A stretch of 64,000 bases of DNA from the NCBI GenBank assembly GCA_039621445.1, contig CP154954.1, forward strand, positions 36,007,703 through 36,071,702, read 5' to 3'. The stretch's first letter is position 1. The number at the start of each line of letters is the position of its first letter. Under the pieces are notes generated by a model. That model ran no database searches. It had not been told where the DNA came from and saw only the letters and a list, made by a program, of their open reading frames with translations. The stretch comes from Euglena gracilis (Eukaryota). The position numbers and the translations under genes were made by a program. Below are positions 38,601-54,100 of the stretch, one piece after another.

Positions 38601-41600
38601 CGGGCTGACCTGGTGAATGTCCCCCGGAATGCTGGAGTGCACCCATCTAAATGTGCTCATTTCTTGCAACCAACGTTGTCGCTGCATGTTTTTCTTACCA
38701 ATAAACCACGAGAATCATGAAACCAACGGGTTTCCCTGACTTTGGAGGCCTCCTGGAACACCCATTCGGTTACTCGGAGTAAGGCGCATTTTGGTCCGTG
38801 TGTACATGGTAACCTGGGCTGACCTGGTCAAATGTCCCCCGGAATGTTCGAATGTACCCATCTAAATGTGCTCATTTCTTGCAACCAACACTCCCACTGC
38901 ATGTTTTTCTTACCGTTAAACCACGACAATCATGAAACCAACGGGTTTCCCTGACTTTGGAGGCCTCCTGGAACACCCACTCGGTTACTCGGAGTAAGGC
39001 CCAATTCGGTGCATGTTTACATGGTAACCTGGGCTGACCTGGTAAAATGTCCCCCAGAATGGTCGAATGCACCCATCTAAACGTGCTCATTTCTTGCAAC
39101 CAACGTTCCCGCTGCATGTTTTTCTGACCAGTAAACCACGACTATCTTGAAACCAACGGGTCCCCTGACTTTGGTGCCCTCCTGGAACACCCATTCGGTT
39201 ACTCGGAGTAAGGCCCAATTTGGTCCGTTTTTACATGGTAACCTGGGCTGACCTGGTAAATGTCCCCCGGAATGGTCGAATGCACCCATCTAAATGTGCT
39301 CATTTCTTGCAACCAACGTTCCCGCTGCATGTTTTTCTTACCATTAAACCACGAAAATCATGAAACCAACGGGTCCCCTGACTTTGGAGGCCCCCTGGAA
39401 CACCCATTCGGTTACTCGGAGTAAGGCCCAATTTGGTCCATGTTGACATGGTAACCTGGGCTGACCTGGTAAATGTCCCCCGGAATGGTCGAATGCACCC
39501 TTCTAAATGTGCTCATTTCTTGCAACCAACATTCCCGCTGCATGTTTTTCTTACCATTAAACCACGACAATCATGAAACCAACGAGTCCCCTGACTTTGG
39601 AGGCCTCCTGGAAAACCCAATCAGTTACTCGGAGTATCGCCCAATTTGGTCCATTTTTACATGGTAACCCGGGCTGACCTGGTGAATGTCCCCCGGAATG
39701 CTGGAGTGCACCCATCTAAATGTGCTCATTTCTTGAAACCAACATTCCCGCTGCATGTGTCTCTTACCATTAAACCACGACAATCATGAAACCAACGGGT
39801 CCCCTGACATTGGAGGCCTCCTGGAACACCCATTCAGTTACTCGGAGTAAGGCCCAATTTGGTCCATTTTTACATGGTAACCTGGGCTGACCTGGTAAAC
39901 GTCCCCCGGAATGGTCGAATGCACCCATCTAAATGTGCTCATTTCTTGCAACCAACATTCCCGCTGCATGTTTTTTCTTATCATTAAACCACGACAATCA
40001 TGAAACCAACGGGTCCCCTGACTGTGGAGGCCTCCTGGAACACCCATTCAGTTACTCGGAGTAAGGCCCAATTTGGTACATTTTTACATGGTAACCTGGG
40101 CTGACCTGGTAAACGTCCCCCGGAATGGTCGAATGCACCCATCTAAATGTGCTCATTTCTTGCAACCAACATTCCCGCTGCATGTTTTTCTTACCATTAA
40201 ACCACGACAATCATGAAACCAACGGGTCCCCTGACTTTGGAGGCCTCCTGGAACACCCATTCGGTTACTCGGAGTAAGGCCCAATTTGGTCCATTTTTAC
40301 ATGGTAACCTGGGCTGAACTGGTAAACGTAAATGTGCTCAGTTCTTGCAACCAACATTCCCGCTGCATGTTTTTCTTACCATTAAACCACGACAATCATG
40401 AAATCAACGGGTCCCTCGACTTTGGAGGATAAATTCGGTTACTCGGAGTAAGGCCCAATTTGGTCCATTTTTACACGGTAACCTGGGCTGACCTGGTAAA
40501 TGTCCCCCGGAATGGTCGAATGCACCCATCTAAATGTGCTCATTTCTTGCAACCAACATTCCCGCTGCATGTTTTCTTACCATTAAACCACGACAATCAT
40601 GAAACCAACGGGTCCCCTGACTTTGGAGGCCTCCTGGAACACCCATTCAGTTACTCGGAGTAAGGCCCAATTTGGTCCATTTTTACATGGTAACCTGGGC
40701 TGACCTGGTAAACGTCCCCCGGAATGGTCGAATGCACCCATCTAAATGTGCTCATTTCTTGCAACCAACATTCCCGCTGCATGTTTTTCTTACCATTAAA
40801 CCACGACAATCATGAAACCAACGGGTCCCCTGACTTTGGAGGCCTCCTGGAACACCCATTCAGTTACTCGGAGTAAGGCCCAATTTGGTCCATTTTTACA
40901 TGGTAACCTGGGCTGACCTGGTAAACGTCCCCCGAAATGGTCGAATGCACCCATCTAAATGTGCTCATTTCTTGCAACCAACATTCCCGCTGCATGTTTT
41001 CTTACCATTAAACCACGACAATCATGAAACCAACGGGTCCCCTGACTTTGGAGGCCTCCTGGAACACCCATTCAGTTACTCGGAGTAAGGCCCAATTTGG
41101 TCCATTTTTACATGGTAACCTGGGCTGACCTGGTAAACGTCCCCCGGAATGGTCGAATGCACCCATCTAAATGTGCTCATTTCTTGCAACCAACATTCCC
41201 GCTGCATGTTTTTCTTACCATTAAACCACGACAATCATGAAACCAACGGGTCCCCTGACTTTGGAGGCCTCCTGGAACACCCATTCAGTTACTCGGAGTA
41301 AGGCCCAATTTGGTCCATTTTTACATGGTAACCTGGGCTGACCTGGTAAACGTCCCCCGAAATGGTCGAATGCACCCATCTAAATGTGCTCATTTCTTGC
41401 AACCAACATTCCCGCTGCATGTTTTCTTACCATTAAACCACGACAATCATGAAACCAACGGGTCCCCTGACTTTGGAGGCCTCCTGGAACACCCATTCAG
41501 TTACTCGGAGTAAGGCCCAATTTGGTCCATTTTTACATGGTAACCTGGGCTGACCTGGTAAATGTCCCCGGAATGGTCGAATGCACCCATCTAAATGTGC

Positions 41601-42107
41601 TCATTTCTTGAAACCAACATTCCCGCTGCACGTTTTTCTTACCATTAAACCACGACAATCATGAAACCAACGGGTCCCCTGACTTTGGAGGCCTCCTGGA
41701 ACACCCATTCAGTTACTCGGAGTAAGGCCCAATTTGGTCCATTTTTACACGGTAACCTGGGCTGACCTGGTAAACGTCCCCCGGAATGGTCGAATGCACC
41801 CATCTAAATGTGCTCATTTCTTGCAACCAAAATTCCCGCTGCATGTTTTCTTACCATTAAACCACGACAATCATGAAACCAACGGGTCCCCTGACTTTGG
41901 AGGCCTCCTGGAACACCCATTCGGTTACTCGGAGTAAGGCCCAACTTGGTCCATTTTTACATGGTAACCTGGGCTGACCTGGTAAATGTCCCCGGAATGG
42001 TCGAATGCACCCATCTAAATGTGCTCATTTCCTGCAAAAAACATTCCCGCTGCATGTTTATCTTACCATTAAACCAACGGGTCCCCTGACATTGGAGGCT
42101 CCTGGAA
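29682..42107 (-). repeat. 213-bp satellite, reverse orientation, ~58 monomers
   Basis: Reverse complement of the same monomer. Confidence 0.98.
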
Positions 42108-45100
42108 TGTTGGTTGCAAGAAATGTGCACATTTAGATGGGTGCATTCGACCATTTCCGGGGACGTTTACCAGGTCAGCCCAGGTTACCATGTAAAAATG
42201 GACCAAATTGGGCCTTACTCCGAGTAACCGAATGGGTGTTCCAGGAGGCCTCCAAAGTCAGGGGACCCGTTGGTTTCAGGATTGTCGTGGTTTAATGGTA
42301 AGAAAAACATGCAGCGGGAATCTTGGTTGCAAGAAATCAGCACATTTAGATGGGTGCATTCGACCATTCCGGGGAACATTTACCAGGTCAGGCCAGGTTA
42401 CCATATAAAAATGGACCAAATTGGGCCTTACTCCGAGTAACCGAATGGGTGTTCCAGTAGGCCTCCAAAGTCAGGGGACCCGTTGGTTTCATGATTGTCG
42501 TGGTTTAATGGTAAGAAAAACATGCAGCGGGAATGTTGGTTGCAAGAAATGAGCACATTTAGATGGGTGCATTCGACCATATCGGGGGACATTTACCAGG
42601 TCAGCCCAGGTTACCACGTAAAAATGGACCAAAATGGGCCTTACTCCGAGTAACCGAATGGGTGTTCCAGGAGGCCTCCAAAGTCAGGGAACCCGTTGGT
42701 TTCATGATTGTCGTGGTTTAATGGTAAGAAAAACATGCAGCGGGAATGTTGGTTGCAAGAAATGAGCACATTTAGATGGGTGCATTCGACCATTCCGGGG
42801 GACATTTACCAGGTCAGCCCAGGTTACCACGTAAACATGGACCAAATTGGGCCATACTCCGAGTAACCGAATGGGTGTTCCAGGAGGCCTCCAAAGTCAG
42901 GGGACCCGTTGGTTTCATGATTGTCGTGGTTTAATGGTAAGAAAAACATGCAGCGGGAATGTTGGTTGCAAGAAATGAGCACATTTAGATGGGTGCATTC
43001 GACCATTCCGGGGGACATTTACCAGGTCAGCCCAGGTTATCATGTAAACGTGGACCAAAATGTGCCTTACACAGAGTAACCGAATGGGTGTTCCAGGAGG
43101 CCTCCGAATTCAGGGGACCCGTTGGTTTCATGATTGTCGTGGTTTAATGGTAAGAAAAACATGCAGCGGGAATGTTGGTTGCAATAAATGAGCACATTTA
43201 GATGGGTGCATTCGACCATTCCGGGGGACATTTACCAGGTCAGCCCAGGTTACCATGTAAAAATGGACCAAATTGGGCCTTACTCCGAGTAACCGAATGG
43301 GTGCTCCAGGAGGCCTCCAAAGTCAGAGGACCCGTTGGTTTCATAATTGTCGTGGTTTACTGGTAAGAAAAACATGCAGCGGGAATGTTGGTTGCAAGAA
43401 ATGAGCACATTTAGATGGGTGCATTTGACCATTCCGGGGGACATTTACCAGCCCAGTTTACCACGTAAAAATGGACCAAATTGGGCCTTACTCCGAGTAA
43501 CCGAATGGGTGTTCCAGGCCGCCTCCAAAGTCAGGGGACCCGTTGGTGTCATGATTGTCGTGGTTTAATGGTAAGAAAAACATGCAGCGGGAATGTTGGT
43601 TGCAAGAAATGAGCACATTTAGATGGGTGCATTCGACCATTCCGGGGGACACTTAGCAGGTCAGCCCAGGTTACCACGTAAAAATGGAACAAATTGGGCC
43701 TTTCTCCGAGTAACTGAATGGGTGTTCCAGGAGGCCTCCAAAGTCAGGGGACCCGTTGGTTTCATGATTGTCGTACATTAATGGTAAGAAACACATGCAG
43801 CGGGAATGTTGGTTGCAAGAAATGAGCACATTTAGATGAGTGCATCCGTCCATTCCGGGGGACATTTACCAGGTCAGCCCAGGTTACCACGTAAAAATGG
43901 ACCAAATTGGGCCTTTCTCCGAGTAACTGAATGGGTGTTCCAGGAGGCCTCCAAAGTCAGGGGACCCGTTGGTTTCATGATTGTCGTAGATTAATGGTAA
44001 GAAACACATGCAGCGGGAATGTTGGTTGCAAGAAATGAGCACATTTAGATGGGTGCATTCGACCATTCCGGGGGACATTTACCAGGTCAATCCAGTTTAC
44101 CACGTAAAAATGGACCAAATTAGGCCTTACTCTGAGTAACCGAATGGGCGTTCCAGGAGGCCTCCAAAGTCAGGGGACCCGTTGGTTTCATGATTGTCGT
44201 GGTTTAATGGTAAGAAACACATGCAGCGGGAATGTTGGTTGCAAGAATTGAGCACATTTAGATGGGTGCATTCGACCATTCCGGGGGACATTTATCAGGT
44301 CAATCCAGCTTACCACGTAAAAATGGACCAAATTAGGCCTTACTCTGAGTAACCGAATGGGCGTTAGAGGAGGCCTCCAAAGTCAGGGGACCCGTTGGTT
44401 TCATGATTGTCGTGGTTTAATGGTAAGAAACACATGCAGCGGGAATGTCGGTTGCAGGAAATGAGCACATTTAGATGGGTGCATTTGACCATTCCGGGGG
44501 ACATTTACCAGGTCAGCCCAGGTTACCATGTAAAAATGGACCAAATTGGGCCTTACTCCGAGTAACTGAATGGGTGTTCCAGGAGGCCTCCAAAGTCAGG
44601 GGACCCGTTGGTTTCATGACTGTGGTGGTTTAATGGTAAGAAAAACATGCAGCGGGAATGTTGGTTGCAAGAAATGAGCACATTTAGATGGGTGCATTCG
44701 ACCATTCCGGGGGACATTTACCAGGTCAGCCCAGGTTGTAAAAATGAATCAAATTGGGGCCTACTCCGAGTAACGGAAGGGGTGTTCCAGGAGGCCTCCA
44801 AAGTCAGGGGACCCGTTGGTTTCATGATTGTCGTGGTTTAATGGTAAGAAAAACATGCAGCGGGAATGTTGTTTGCAAGAAATGAGCACATTTAGATGGG
44901 TGCATTCGACCCCGGGGGGACATTTACCAGGTCATCCCAGGTTACCATGTAAAAATGGACCAAATTGGGCCTTACTCCGAGTAACCGAATGGGTTTTCCA
45001 GGTTGCCACCAAAACCAGGGGATACGTTGGTTTCATGATTGTCGTGGTGTAATGGTAAGATAGAAATGCAGCGGGAATGTTGGTTGCAAGAAATGAGCAC

Positions 45101-48100
45101 ATTTAGATGGGTGCATTCGACCATTCCGGGGGACATTTACCAGGTCAGCCCAGGTTACCATGTAAAAATGGACCAAATTGGGGCTTACTCCTAGTAACGG
45201 ATTGGGTGTTCCAGGAGGCCTCCAAAGTCAGGGGACCCGTTGGTTTCATGATTGTCGTGGTTTAATGGTAAGACACACATGCAGCGGGAATGTTGGTTTT
45301 AAGAAATGAGCACATTTAGATGGGTGCATTCGACCCCGGGGGGACATATACCAGGTCATCACAGGTTACCATGTAAAAATGGACCAAATTGGGCCTTACT
45401 CCGAGTAACCGAATGGGTTTTCCAGGCCGCCTCCAAAACCAGGGGACACGTTGGTTTCATGATTTTCGTGGTGTAATGGTAAGAAAAACATGCAGCGGGA
45501 ATGTTGGTTGCAAGAAATGAGCACACTTAGATGGGTGCATTCGACCATTCCGGGGGACATTTAATAGGTCAGCCCAGGTTACCCTGTAAAAATGGACCAA
45601 ATTGGGGCTTACTCCGAGTAACAGATTGGGTGTTCCAGGAGGCCTCCAAAGTCAGGGGACCCGTTGGTTTCATGATTGTCGTGGTTTAATGGTAAGAAAA
45701 ACATGCAGCGGGAATGTTGGTTTTAAGAAATGAGCACATTTAGAAGGGTGCATTCGACCCCGGGGGGACATTTACCAGGTCAGCCCAGGTTACCATGTAA
45801 AAATGGACCAAATTGGGGCTTACTCCCAGTAACGGATTGGGTGTTCCAGGAGGCCTCCAAAGTCAGGGGACCCGTTGGTTTCATGATTGTCGTGGTTTAA
45901 TGGTAAGAAACACATGCAGCGGGAATGTTGGTTGCAAGAAATGAGCACATTTAGATGGGTGCATTCGACCCCGGGGGGACATTTAACAGGTCAGCCCAGG
46001 TTACCATGTAAAAATGGACCAAATTGGGCCTTACTCCGAGTAACCGAATGGGTTTTCCAGGCCGCCTCCAAAACCAGGGGACACTTTGGTTTCATGATTG
46101 TCGTGGTGTAATGGTAAGAAAAGCATGCAGCGGGAATGTTGGTTGCAAGAGATCAGCACATTTAGATGGGTGCATTCGACCATTCCGTGGGACATTTAAT
46201 AGGTCAGTCCAGGTTACCATGTAAAAATGGACCAAATTGGGGCTTACTCCGAGTAACGGATCGGGTGTTCCAGGAGGCCTCCAAAGTCAGGGGACCCGTT
46301 GGTTTCATGATTGTCGTGGTTTAATGGTAAGAAACACATGCAGCGGGAATGTTGGTTTTAAGAAATGAGCACATTTAGATGGGTGCATTCGACCCCGGGG
46401 GGACATTTACCAGGTCAACCCAGGTTACCATGTAAAAATGGACCAAATTGGGCCTTACTCCAAGTAACCGAATGGGTTTTCCAGGTTGCCACCAAAACCA
46501 GGGGATACGTTGGTTTCATGATTGTCGTGGTGTAATGGTAAGAAAAACATGCAGCGGGAATGTTGGTTGCAAGAAATGAGCACATTTAGATGGGTGCATT
46601 CGACCCCGGGGGCACATTTACCAGGTCATCACAGGTTACCATGTAAAAATGGACCAAATTGGGCCTTACTCCGAGTAACCGAATGGGTTTTCCAGGCCGC
46701 CTCCAAAACCAGGGGACACGTTGGTTTCATGATTGTCGTGGTGTAATGGTAAGAAAAACATGCAGCAAGAATGTTGGTTGCAAGAAATGAGCACATTTAG
46801 ATGGGTGCATTCGACCATTCCGGGGGACATTTAATAGGTCAGCCCAGGTTACCATGTAAAAATGGACCAAATTGGGGCTTACTCCGAGTAACGGATTGGG
46901 TGTTCCAGGAGGCCTCCAAAGTCAGGGGACCCGTTGGTTTAATGATTGTCGTGGTTTAATGGTAAGAAAAACATGCAGCGGGAATGTTGGTTGCAAGAAA
47001 TGAGCACATTTAGATGGGTGCATTCGACCCCGGGGGACATTTAACAGGTCATCCCAGGTTACCATGTAAAAATGGACCAAATTGGGCCTTACTCCGTGTA
47101 ACCGAATGGGTGTTCCAGGACAACGCCAAAGTCAGGGGACACGTTGGTTTCATGATTGTCGTGGTTTAATGGTAAGAAAAACATGCAGCGGGAATGTTGG
47201 TTGAAAAGAAATGAGCACATTTAGATGGGTGCATTCGACCCCGGGGGAACATTTACCAGGTCATCCCAGGTTACCATGTAAAAATGGACCAAATTGGGGC
47301 TTACTCCGAGTAACGGAATGGGTGTTCCAGGAGGCCTCCAAAGTCAGGGGACCCGTTGGTTTCATGATTGTCGTGGTTTAATGGTAAGAAAAACATGCAG
47401 CGGGAATGTTGGTTGCAAGAGATCAGCACATTTAGATGGGTGCATTCGACCATTCCGGGGGACATTTACCAGGTCAGCCCAGGTTATCATGTAAACGTGG
47501 ACCAAAATGTGCCTTACACAGAGTAACCGAATGGGTGTTCCAGGAGGCCTCCAAAGTCAGGGGACCCGTTGGTTTCATAATTGTCGTGGTTTACTGGTAA
47601 GAAAAACATGCAGCGGGAATGTTGGTTGCAAAAAATGAGCACATTTAGATGGGTGCGTTCGACCATTTCGGGGGACATTTACCAGGTCAGCCCAGGTTAC
47701 CACGTAAAAATGGACCAAATTGGGCCTTACTCCGATTAACCGAATGGGTGCTCCAGGAGGCCTCCAAAGTCAGGGGACCCGTTGGTTTCATGATTGTCGT
47801 GGTTTAATGGTAAGAAAAACATGCAGCAGGAATGTTGGTTGCAAGAAATGAGCACATTTAGATGGGTGCATTCGACCATTCCGGGGGACATTTACCAGCC
47901 CAGTTTACCACGTAAAAATGGACCAAATTAAGCCTTACTCCGAGTAACCGAATGGGTGTTCCAGGAGGCCTCCAAAGTCAGGGGACCCGTTGGTGTCAGG
48001 ATTTTCGTGGTTTAATGGTAAGGAAAACATGCAGCGGGAATGTTGATTGCAAGAAATGAGCACATTTAGATTGGTGCACTCGACCATTCCGGGAGACATT

Positions 48101-51100
48101 TACCAGGTCAGCCCAGGTTACCATGTAAAAGTCGACCAAATTGGGCCTTACTCCGAGTAACCGAATGGGTGTTCCAGGAGGCCTCCAAAGTCAGGGGACC
48201 CGTTGGTTTCATGATTGTCGTGGTTTAATGGTAAGAAACACATGCAGCGGGAATGTTGGTTGCAAGAAATGAGCACATTTAGATGGGTGCATTCGACATT
48301 TCCGGAGGACATTTACCATGTCAGCCCAGGTCACCATGTAAAAACGGACCAAATTAGGCCTTACTCCGAGTAACCGAATGGGTGTTCCAGGCCGCCTCCA
48401 AAGTCAGGGGACCCGTTGGTGTCATGATTGTCGTGGTTTAATGGTAAGAAAAACATGCAGCGGGAATGTTGATTGCAAGAAATGAGCACATTTAGATGGG
48501 TGCATTCGACCATTCCGGGGGACACTTAGCAGGTCAGCCCAGGTTACCACGTAAAAATGGATCAAATTGGGCCTTTCTCCGAGTAACTGAATGGGTGTTC
48601 CAGGAGGCCTCCAAAGTCAGGGGACCCGTTGGTTTCATGATTGTCGTACATTAATGGTAGGAAACACATGCAGCGGGAATGTTGGTTGCAAGAAATGAGC
48701 ACATTTAGATGAGTGCATCCGTCCATTCCGGGGGACATTTACCAGGTCAGCCCAGGTTACCATGTAAAAATGGACCAAATTGGGCCTTTCTCCGAGTAAC
48801 TGAATGGGTGTTCCAGAAGGCCTCCAAAGTTAGGGGACCCGTTGGTTTCATGATTGTCGTGGTTTAATGGTAAGAAACACATGCAGCGGGAATGTTGGTT
48901 GCAAGAAATGAGCACATTTAGATGGGTGCATTCGACCATTCCGGGGGACATTTACCAGGTCAGCCCAGGTTACCATGAAAAAATGGACCAAATTGGGCCT
49001 TACTCCGAGTAACTGAATGGGTGTTCCAGGAGGCCTCCAAAGACAGGGGACCCGTTGGTTTCATGACTGTGGTGGTTTAATGGTAAGAAAAACATGCAGC
49101 GGGAATGTTGGTTGCAAGAAATGAGCACATTTAGATGGGTGCATTCGACCATTCCGGGGGACATTTACCAGGTCAGCCCAGGTTGTAAAAATGGATCAAA
49201 TTGGGGCTTACTCCGAGTAACGGATTGGGTGTTCCAGGAGGCCTCCAAAGTCAGGGGACCCGTTGGTTTCATGATTGTCGTGGTTTAATGATAAGAAAAA
49301 CATGCAGCGGGAATGTTGTTTGCAAGAAATGAGCACATTTAGATGGGTGCATTCGACCATTCCGGGGGACATTTACCAGGTCAGCCCAGGTTACCATGTA
49401 AAAATGGACCAAATTGGGCCTTACTCCGAGTAACCGAATGGGTTTTCCAGGTTGCCACCAAAACCAGGGGATACGTTGGTTTCATGATTGTCGTGGTGTA
49501 ATGGTAAGAACAAAATGCAGCGGGAATGTTGGTTGCAAGAAATGAGCACATTTAGATGGGTGCGTTCGACCATTCCCGGTGACATTTACCAGGTCAGCCC
49601 AGGTTACCATGTAAAAATGGACCAAATTGGGGCTTACTCCTAGTAACGGATTGGGTGTTCCAGGAGGCCTCCAAAGTCAGGGGACCCGTTGGTTTCATGA
49701 TTGTCGTGGTTTAATGGTAAGAAACACATGCAGCGGGAATGTTGGTTTTAAGAAATGAGCACATTTAGATGGGTGCATTCGACCCCGGGGAGACATTTAC
49801 CAGGTCATCACAGGTTACCATGTAAAAATGGACCAAATTGGGCCTTACTCCGAGTAACCGAATGGGTTTTCCAGGCCGCTTCCAAAACCAGGGGACACGT
49901 TGGTTTCATGATTGTCGTGGTGTAATGGTAAGAAAAACATGCAGCGGGAATGTTGGTTGCAAGAAATGAGCACACTTAGATGGGTGCATTCGACCATTCC
50001 GGGGGACATTTAATAGGTCAGCCCAGGTTACCATGTAAAAATGGACCAAATTGGGGCTTACTCCGAGTAACAGATTGGGTGTTCCAGGAGGCCTCCAAAG
50101 TCAGGGGACCCGTTGGTTTCATGATTGTCGTGGTTTAATGGTAAGAAAAACATGCAGCGGGAATGTTGGTTGCAAGAAATGAGCACATTTAGATGGGTGC
50201 ATTCGACCATTCCGGGAGACATTTACCAGGTCAGCCCAGGTTACCATGTAAAAGTCGACCAAATTGGGCCTTACTCCGAGTAACCGAATGGGTGTTCCAG
50301 GAGGCCTCCAAAGTTAGGGGACCCGTTGGTTTCATGATTGTCGTGGTTTAATGGTAAGAAACACATGCAGCGGGAATGTTGGTTGCAAGAAATGAGCACA
50401 TTTAGATGGGTGCATTCGACCATTCCGGAGGACATTTACCATGTCAGCCCAGGTTACCATGTAAAAATGGACCAAATTGGGCCTTACTCCGAGTAACCGA
50501 ATGGGTGTTCCAGGCCGCCTCCAAAGTCAGGGGACCCGTTGGTTTCATGATTGTCGTGGTTTAATGGTAAGAAAAACATGCAGCGGGAATGTTGGTTGCA
50601 AGAAATGAGCACATTTAGATGGGTGCATTCGACCATTCCGGGGGACACTTAGCAGGTCAGCCCAGGTTACGACGTAAAAATGGATCAAATTGGGCCTTTC
50701 TCCGAGTAACTGAATGGGTGTTCCAGGAGGCCTCCAAAGTCAGGGGACCCGTTGGTTTCATGATTGTCGTACATTAATGATAAGAAACACATGCAGCGGG
50801 AATGTTGGTTGCAAGAAATGAGCACATTTAGATGAGTGCATCCGTCCATTCCGGGGGACATTTACCAGGTCAGCCCAGGTTACCACGTAAAAATGGACCA
50901 AATTGGGCTTTCTCCGAGTAACTGAATGGGTGTTCCAGAAGGCCTCCAAAGTTAGGGGACCCGTTGGTTTCATGATTGTCGTAGATTAAGGGTAAGAAAC
51001 ACATGCAGCGGGAATGTTGGTTGCAAGAAATGAGCACATTTAGATGGGTGCATTCGACCATTCCTGGGGACATTTACCAGGTCAATCCAGTTTACCACGT

Positions 51101-54100
51101 AAAAATGGACCAAATTAGGCCTTACTCTGAGTAACCGAATGGGCGTTCCAGGAGGCCTCCAAAGTCAGGGGACCCGTTGGTTTCATGATTGTCGTGGTTT
51201 AATGGTAATAAAAACATGCAGCGGGAATGTCGGTTGCAGGAAATAAGCACATTTAGCTGGGTGCATTCGACCATTCCGGGGGACATTTACCAGGTCAGCC
51301 CAGGTTACCATGTAAAAATGGACCAAATTGGGCCTTACTCCGAGTAACTGAATGGGTGTTCCAGGAGGCCTCCAAAGACAGGGGACCCGTTGGTTTCATG
51401 ACTGTGGTGGTTTAATGGTAAGAAACACATGCAGCGGGAATGTTGGTTGCAAGAAATGAGCACATTTAGATGGGTGCATTCGACCATTCCGGGGGACATT
51501 TACCAGGTCAGCCCATGTTGTAAAAATGGATCAAATTGGGGCTTACTCCGAGTAACGGAAGGGGTGTTCCAGGAGGCCTCCAAAGTCAGGGGACCCGTTG
51601 GTTTCATGATTGTCGTGGTTTAATGGTAAGAAACACATGCAGCGGGAATGTTGGTTTTAAGAAATGAGCACATTTAGATGGGTGCATTCGACCCCGGGGG
51701 GACATTTACCAGGTCATCCCAGGTTACCATGTAAAAATGGACCAAATTGGGCCTTACTCCGAGTAACCGAATGGGTTTTCCAGGTTGCCACCAAAACCAG
51801 GGGATACGTTGGTTTCATGATTGTCGTGGTGTAATGGTAAGAAAAAAATGCAGCGGGAATGTTGGTTGCAAGAAATGAGCACATTTAGATGGGTGCATTC
51901 GACCATTACGGGGGACATTTACCAGGTCAGCCCAGGTTACCATGTAAAAATGGACCAAATTGGGGCTTACTCCTAGTAACGGATTGGGTGTTCCAGGAGG
52001 CCTCCAAAGTCAGGGGACCCGTTGGTTTCATGATTGTCGTGGTTTAATGGTAAGAAACACATGCAGCGGGAATGTTGGTTTTAAGAAATGAGCACATTTA
52101 GATGGGTGCATTCGACCCCGGGGAGACATTTACCAGGTCATCACAGGTTACCATGTAAAAATGGACCAAATTGGGCCTTACTCCGAGTAACCGAATGGGT
52201 TTTCCAGGCCGCCTCCAAAACCAGGGGACACGTTGGTTTCATGATTGTCGTGGTGTAATGGTAAGAAAAACATGCAGCGGGAATGTTGGTTGCAAGAAAT
52301 GAGCACACTTAGATGGGTGCATTCGACCATTCCGGGGGACATTTAATAGGTCAGCCCAGGTTACCATGTAAAAATGGACCAAATTGGGGCTTACTCCGAG
52401 TAACAGATTGGGTGTTCCAGGAGGCCTCCAAAGTCAGGGGACCCGTTGGTTTCATGATTGTCGTGGTATAATGGTAAGAAAAACATGCAGCGGGAATGTT
52501 GGTTTTAAGAAATGAGCACATTTAGATGGGTGCATTCGACCCCGGGGGGACATTTACCAGGTCAGCCCAGGTTACCATGTAAAAATGGACCAAATTGGGC
52601 CTTACTCCAAGTAACCGAATGGGTTTTCCAGGTTGCCACCAAAACCAGGGGAACCGTTGGTTTCATGATTGTCGTGGTGTAATGGTAAGAAAAACATGCA
52701 GCGGGAATGTTGGTTGCAAGAAATGAGCACATTTAGATGGGTGCATTCGACCCCGGGGGCACATTTACCAGGTCATCCCAGGTTACCGTGTCAAAATGGA
52801 CCAAATTGGGCCTTACTCCGAGTAACCGAATGGGTTTTCCAGGCCGCCTCCAAAACCAGGGGACACGTTGGTTTCATGATTGTCGTGGTGTAAGAAAAAC
52901 ATGCAGCGGGAATGTTGTTTGCAAGAAATGAGCACATTTAGATGGGTGCATTCGACCATTCCGGGGGACATTTAATAGGTCAGCCCAGGTTACCATGTAA
53001 AAATGGACCAAATGTGGGCTTACTCCCAGTAACGGATTGGGTGTTCCAGGAGGCCTCCAAAGTCAGGGGACCCGTTGGTTTCATGATTGTCGTGGTTTAA
53101 TGGTAAGAAACACATGCAGCGGGAATGTTGGTTGCAAGAAATGAGCACATTTAGATGGGTGCATTCGACCCCGGGGGGACATTTAACAGGTCATCCCAGG
53201 TTACCATGTAAAAATGGACCAAATTGGGCCTTACTCCGAGTAACCGAATGGGTTTTCCAGGCCGCCTCCAAAACCAGGGGACACGTTGGTTTCATGATTG
53301 TCGTGGTGTAATGGTAAGAAAAACATGCAGCGGGAATGTTGGTTGCAAGAAATGAGCACATTTAGATGGGTGCATTCGACCATTCCGGGGGACATTTAAT
53401 AGGTCAGCCCAGGTTACCATGTAAAAATGGACCAAATTGGGGCTTACTCCGAGTAACGGATCGGGTGTTCCAGGAGGCCTCCAAAGTTAGGGGACCGTTG
53501 GTTTCATGATTGTCGTGGTTTAATGGTAAGAAACACATGCAGCGGGAATGTTGGTTTTAAGAAATGAGCACATTTAGATGGGTGCATTCGACCCCGGGGG
53601 GACATTTACCAGGTCAACCCAGGTTACCATGTAAAAATGGACCAAATTGGGCCTTACTCCAAGTAACCGAATGGGTTTTCCAGGTTGCCACCAAAACCAG
53701 GGGATACGTTGGTTTCATGATTGTCGTGGTGTAATGGTAAGAAAAACATGCAGCGGGAATGTTGGTTGCAAGAAATGAGCACATTTAGATGGGTGCATTC
53801 GACCCCGGGGGCACATTTACCAGGTCATCACAGGTTACCATGTAAAAATGGACCAAATTGGGCCTTACTCCGAGTAACCGAATGTGTTTTCCAGGCCGCC
53901 TCCAAACCAGGGGACACGTTGGTTTCATGATTGTCGTGGTGTAATGGTAAGAAAAGCATGCAGCAAGAATCTTGGTTGCAAGAAATGAGCACATTTAGAT
54001 GGGTGCATTCGACCATTCCGGGGGACATTTAATAGGTCAGCCCAGGTTACCATGTAAAAATGGACCAAATTGGGGCTTACTCCGAGTAACGGATTGGGTG

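Noticed and set aside
6563-42107. Satellite born inside the internal region of X (Ogre-like origin)
   Set aside because: The junction monomers are neighbours in a pre-existing 10-mer HOR, and one inversion explains the layout more simply.
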